From positions 1 to 12,815 of the forward strand of contig NW_021826596.1 in the NCBI RefSeq assembly GCF_006345805.1: a stretch of DNA of 12,815 nt. Reading direction: 5' to 3'. The first letter of the stretch is position 1, and the number at the start of each line of letters is the position of its first letter. The DNA is from Octopus sinensis. Its lineage: Eukaryota. The position numbers and the translations under genes are program-made. Shown one piece after another: positions 10,565-12,815 of the stretch. The notes under the pieces are model-generated. The model made no database searches. It had not been told where the DNA came from and worked only from the letters and a program-made list of their open reading frames with translations.

Positions 10565-10960
10565 AATTATTCCTACTACAGACACAAGGTCTGAAATTTT
10601 CGGGTAGGGGACTAGTCGATTACATCTACCTCGGAGTTTCACTGGTACTTAATTTATTGAGTCCGAAAAGATGAAAGGCAAAGTCGATCTCGGCGGAATT
10701 TGGCCTCAGAACGTAAAGACAGACGAAATACCTATTTCTTTACTAACCCCACAAGGAGCTAAACACAGAGAGGACAAACAAGGACAGACAAAGGGATTAA
10801 GTCTATTATATCGACCCCAGTGCGTAACAGGTACTTATTTAATCGGCCGCGAAAGGATGAAAGGCAAAGTCGACCTCTGCGAAATTTCAACTCAGGACGT
10901 AGCGGCAGACGAAATACTGCTAAGCATTTCGTCCGGCATGCTAATGATTCTGCCAGTTCA
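10565..10960 (-). mobile_element. Family A SINE dimer
   Basis: Junction GACGAAATACC|TATTTCTTTAC at 10732/10733. The second unit carries the alternative tail (GACTAGTCCCCTACCCGAAAATTTCAGACCTTGTG on the minus strand). Confidence 0.9.
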
Positions 10961-11187
10961 TATATATAAATAATGTTGAGTTTGGAGTATAAAACAAGAT
11001 CAATATTCTTTTGGGCTATATAATAGAAGTGAGTCTTTGATAGTAATACAATTCTAATTCTTACAGTTCTATGCAGGTAATACCATTGAAAAAGAAAAGA
11101 AGGAAAGTATGACTGTAAAACGATTCCATCAACTCTCTCCACAGATATTTGCGTTTGTGCATTGATATGGAATGCATATTTTGGGCC

Positions 11188-11265
11188 TGGTGCTAGTTTG
11201 TACACGTGCCCGTAACTTAGCGGTTTGGCAAAAGACACCAACAGAATAAGCACTGGGGTCGATTT
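11188..11265 (+). mobile_element. Family B SINE 3' part, left piece (interrupted)
   Basis: CCCGTAACTTAGCGGTTTGGCAAAAGACACCAACAGAATAAGCACTGGGGTCGATTT matches the family B body. Confidence 0.82.
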
Positions 11266-11355
11266 ACAGTTCTATATTTAAGAGATGAGGAATTATGTAC
11301 GTTATTTACATTATTTACATTTGAGGGATATTTGTCCTCATCTTGTTTGTTGTTT

Positions 11356-11399
11356 ACACAACGTTTCGGCTGAGATACCCTCCAGCCTTCTTCAGGTGT
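11356..11399 (-). ncRNA. Minimal type I hammerhead ribozyme motif
   Basis: ACAC-CUGAAGA-A-GGCUG-(10 nt)-CAGCC-GAAA-CG-UU-GUGU. Stem I ACAC/GUGU, stem II GGCUG/CAGCC, palindromic ACGU stem III, cleavage triplet GUU. There is an extra A after CUGANGA. Confidence 0.72.
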
Positions 11400-11444
11400 C
11401 TTGGGAAATTTCGAACCTGGGTTCTCATTCCAATTATTTTTCGA

Positions 11445-11446
<2 letters not shown>

Positions 11447-11482
<36 letters not shown>

Positions 11483-11527
11483 GTATTATTCGTATTATTA
11501 TTATTAGTATATAGTATTATTAGTTTA

Positions 11528-11575
<48 letters not shown>

Positions 11576-11595
11576 GATTATTATTATTATTATTA

Positions 11596-11634
<39 letters not shown>

Positions 11635-11680
11635 GTATTATTATTATTATTATATTAGTATTGTATGTTGTTGTTGTTGT
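11447..11680. repeat. (TTA)n then (TTG)n microsatellite inside the PLE terminal repeat
   Basis: Seen directly. Confidence 0.97.
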
Positions 11681-11740
11681 TCAGGTCACTGCGTGGGGTC
11701 GAACTCGGAATCTTGGGGTTAGTAGCCTGCGCTCTTAGCC
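11681..11740 (-). promoter_or_regulatory. tRNA-like segment with a Pol III B box and partial A box
   Basis: Minus strand GGCTAAGAGCGCAGGCTACTAACCCCAAGATTCCGAGTTCGACCCCACGCAGTGACC: D-arm-like GGCTAAGAGCG, anticodon-arm-like stretch and T-arm GAGTTCGACCC. Confidence 0.65.
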
Positions 11741-11769
11741 GTAGGTAATTATGGAGTGAATTTTAGGGC

Positions 11770-11868
11770 TTAAAAATCTAATATTTTTCTATCCTTCCTC
11801 AATACCGGTTCCCATATGCTGTTCATATCTGCACTCGGTCTGCTTAGGAGGTTGTTGTGTCCTAGCAT
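11770..11868 (-). pseudogene. C-terminal fragment of a PLE ORF (end of the GIY-YIG endonuclease region)
   Basis: MLGHNNLLSRPSADMNSIWEPVLRKDRKILDF* resembles, from memory, the 'N.+S.PS.++..IW.P++' terminus of PLE proteins. Only 32 aa, so support comes mainly from context. Confidence 0.6.
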
Positions 11869-11935
11869 AATAATAATAATAACATCGAAAAATACCTTAG
11901 GAATGAGAACCCAGGTTCGAAATTTCCCCCCCAAG

Positions 11936-11979
11936 ACACCTGAAGAAGGCTGGAGGGTATATCAGCCGAAACGCTGTGT
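11936..11979 (+). ncRNA. Second hammerhead motif (in the inverted arm), cleavage triplet mutated
   Basis: ACAC-CUGAAGA-A-GGCUG-GAGGGUAUAU-CAGCC-GAAA-CGCU-GUGU. The U16.1 position is C. Confidence 0.65.
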
Positions 11980-12031
11980 TAACAACATAGATGAGGACAA
12001 ACTATCCGTCGAATGTAAATAATGTAAATAA

Positions 12032-12112
12032 TGGGGTCAATTTGTCCGACTGAACCCATGAAGGCGGTGACCCAGCATGACCACAATCGAATGGCTGAGA
12101 CAGATAAAAAAA
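12032..12112 (+). mobile_element. Family B SINE 3' part, right piece
   Basis: TGGGGTCAATTTGTCCGACT...AAGGCGGTGACCCAGCATGACCACAATCGAATGGCTGAGACAGATAAAA continues the family B consensus after the PLE. Confidence 0.8.
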
Positions 12113-12519
12113 TATATGATAACTAAACACCACTGTCTACCAATCCACTACCGCCATTGATTCCTACATCTTTAGACACTCGTATTTTATTGTTTCTCTA
12201 GTTTTACTGCTCTGCTTCCATCGAGTTTCCTTTTGTATATTTGTTTGTTTGTTTGTTTCTGTTCCTCTGTTCAATTCACAATCAGCTGACAATAGATGTA
12301 GGTTGTTATGTGGTGAAGATTTCAAAAAAAAAAAAACAAACTGGTATTTTATAAAATGTTGGAAGAACCGTAATGATGGAAAATATAAATTAAAATACAA
12401 GGTAGCAGCTGGGCAGATCAAATACATTGAAAGATCACAACAAAACAGAACAGAACAGATTAACAATGTTTGGATCTTAATATGAAAAAAACAGAAAGCT
12501 TTTCTTTTAAGTAATTATC

Positions 12520-12523
12520 TTGT

Positions 12524-12554
<31 letters not shown>

Positions 12555-12815
12555 CTTCTTCTTCTTCTTGTTGTTGTTGTTGTTCTTCTTCTTCTTCATT
12601 TTCTTCTTCATTTTCTTCTTCTTCTTTTTCTTCTTCTCCTTCTTCCTCTCCTCCTCCTCCACCCCTCCTCCTCCTTCTACTTCTTCAGCTTCTTATTCTT
12701 CTTCTTCTTCTTCTTCTTCTTCATTTTCTTTTCTTCTTCTTTTTCTTCTTCTTCTTCTCTCTTCTTCTTCTTCTTCATTTTCTTCTTCTTCTCTTCTTCT
12801 TCTTCTTCTCTTCTT
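12520..12815. repeat. (TTG)n then a long (TTC)n/(CTC)n polypyrimidine tract
   Basis: Seen directly. It runs to the window end. Confidence 0.97.

Larger units (their letters stand above)
11266..12031 (-). mobile_element. 5'-truncated Penelope-like element (PLE) with an inverted partial pseudo-LTR
   Basis: Inverted arms at about 11302-11460 and 11868-12031, each with a hammerhead motif. GIY-YIG-like C-terminal peptide at 11770-11868. TSD TGGGGTCGATTT 11254-11265 and TGGGGTCAATTT 12032-12043. Confidence 0.8.

Noticed and set aside
10560-10974. TAAATAAT direct repeat as a TSD of the minus-strand dimer
   Set aside because: An 8-bp pure-AT match in AT-rich flanks could be chance.
11302-12031. MITE/foldback DNA transposon reading of the inverted arms
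   Set aside because: The arms are asymmetric (extra tail on one side), contain hammerhead motifs and enclose a PLE-like ORF end, which fits a Penelope-like element better.
12249-12485. ADNRCRLLCGE resembling the start of a retroelement CCHC zinc knuckle
   Set aside because: The spacing is wrong, no downstream H/C residues follow, and the sequence runs into poly-A. Insufficient support.

Overview
AT-rich eukaryotic non-coding DNA made almost entirely of transposon relics and microsatellites. The SINE repertoire resembles that of octopus/cephalopod genomes (inference from memory, not a search). I found no intact host gene, and most supplied ORFs are microsatellite or SINE read-throughs. Recognisable content: (i) an internally deleted mariner relic; (ii) the 3' end of a non-LTR retrotransposon with a restriction-like endonuclease (R4/Dong-like); (iii) three tRNA-headed SINE families (here A, B, C), often nested, several with clear target-site duplications (TSDs); (iv) a near-identical tandem duplication of a family C SINE. 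The most interesting feature is a 5'-truncated Penelope-like element at 11266-12031. It has inverted pseudo-LTR arms and a 12-bp TSD, and its terminal repeat combines a tRNA-like segment, a (TAA)n tract and a minimal hammerhead ribozyme motif. A recurrent, position-identical dimer junction in family A SINEs is also notable.
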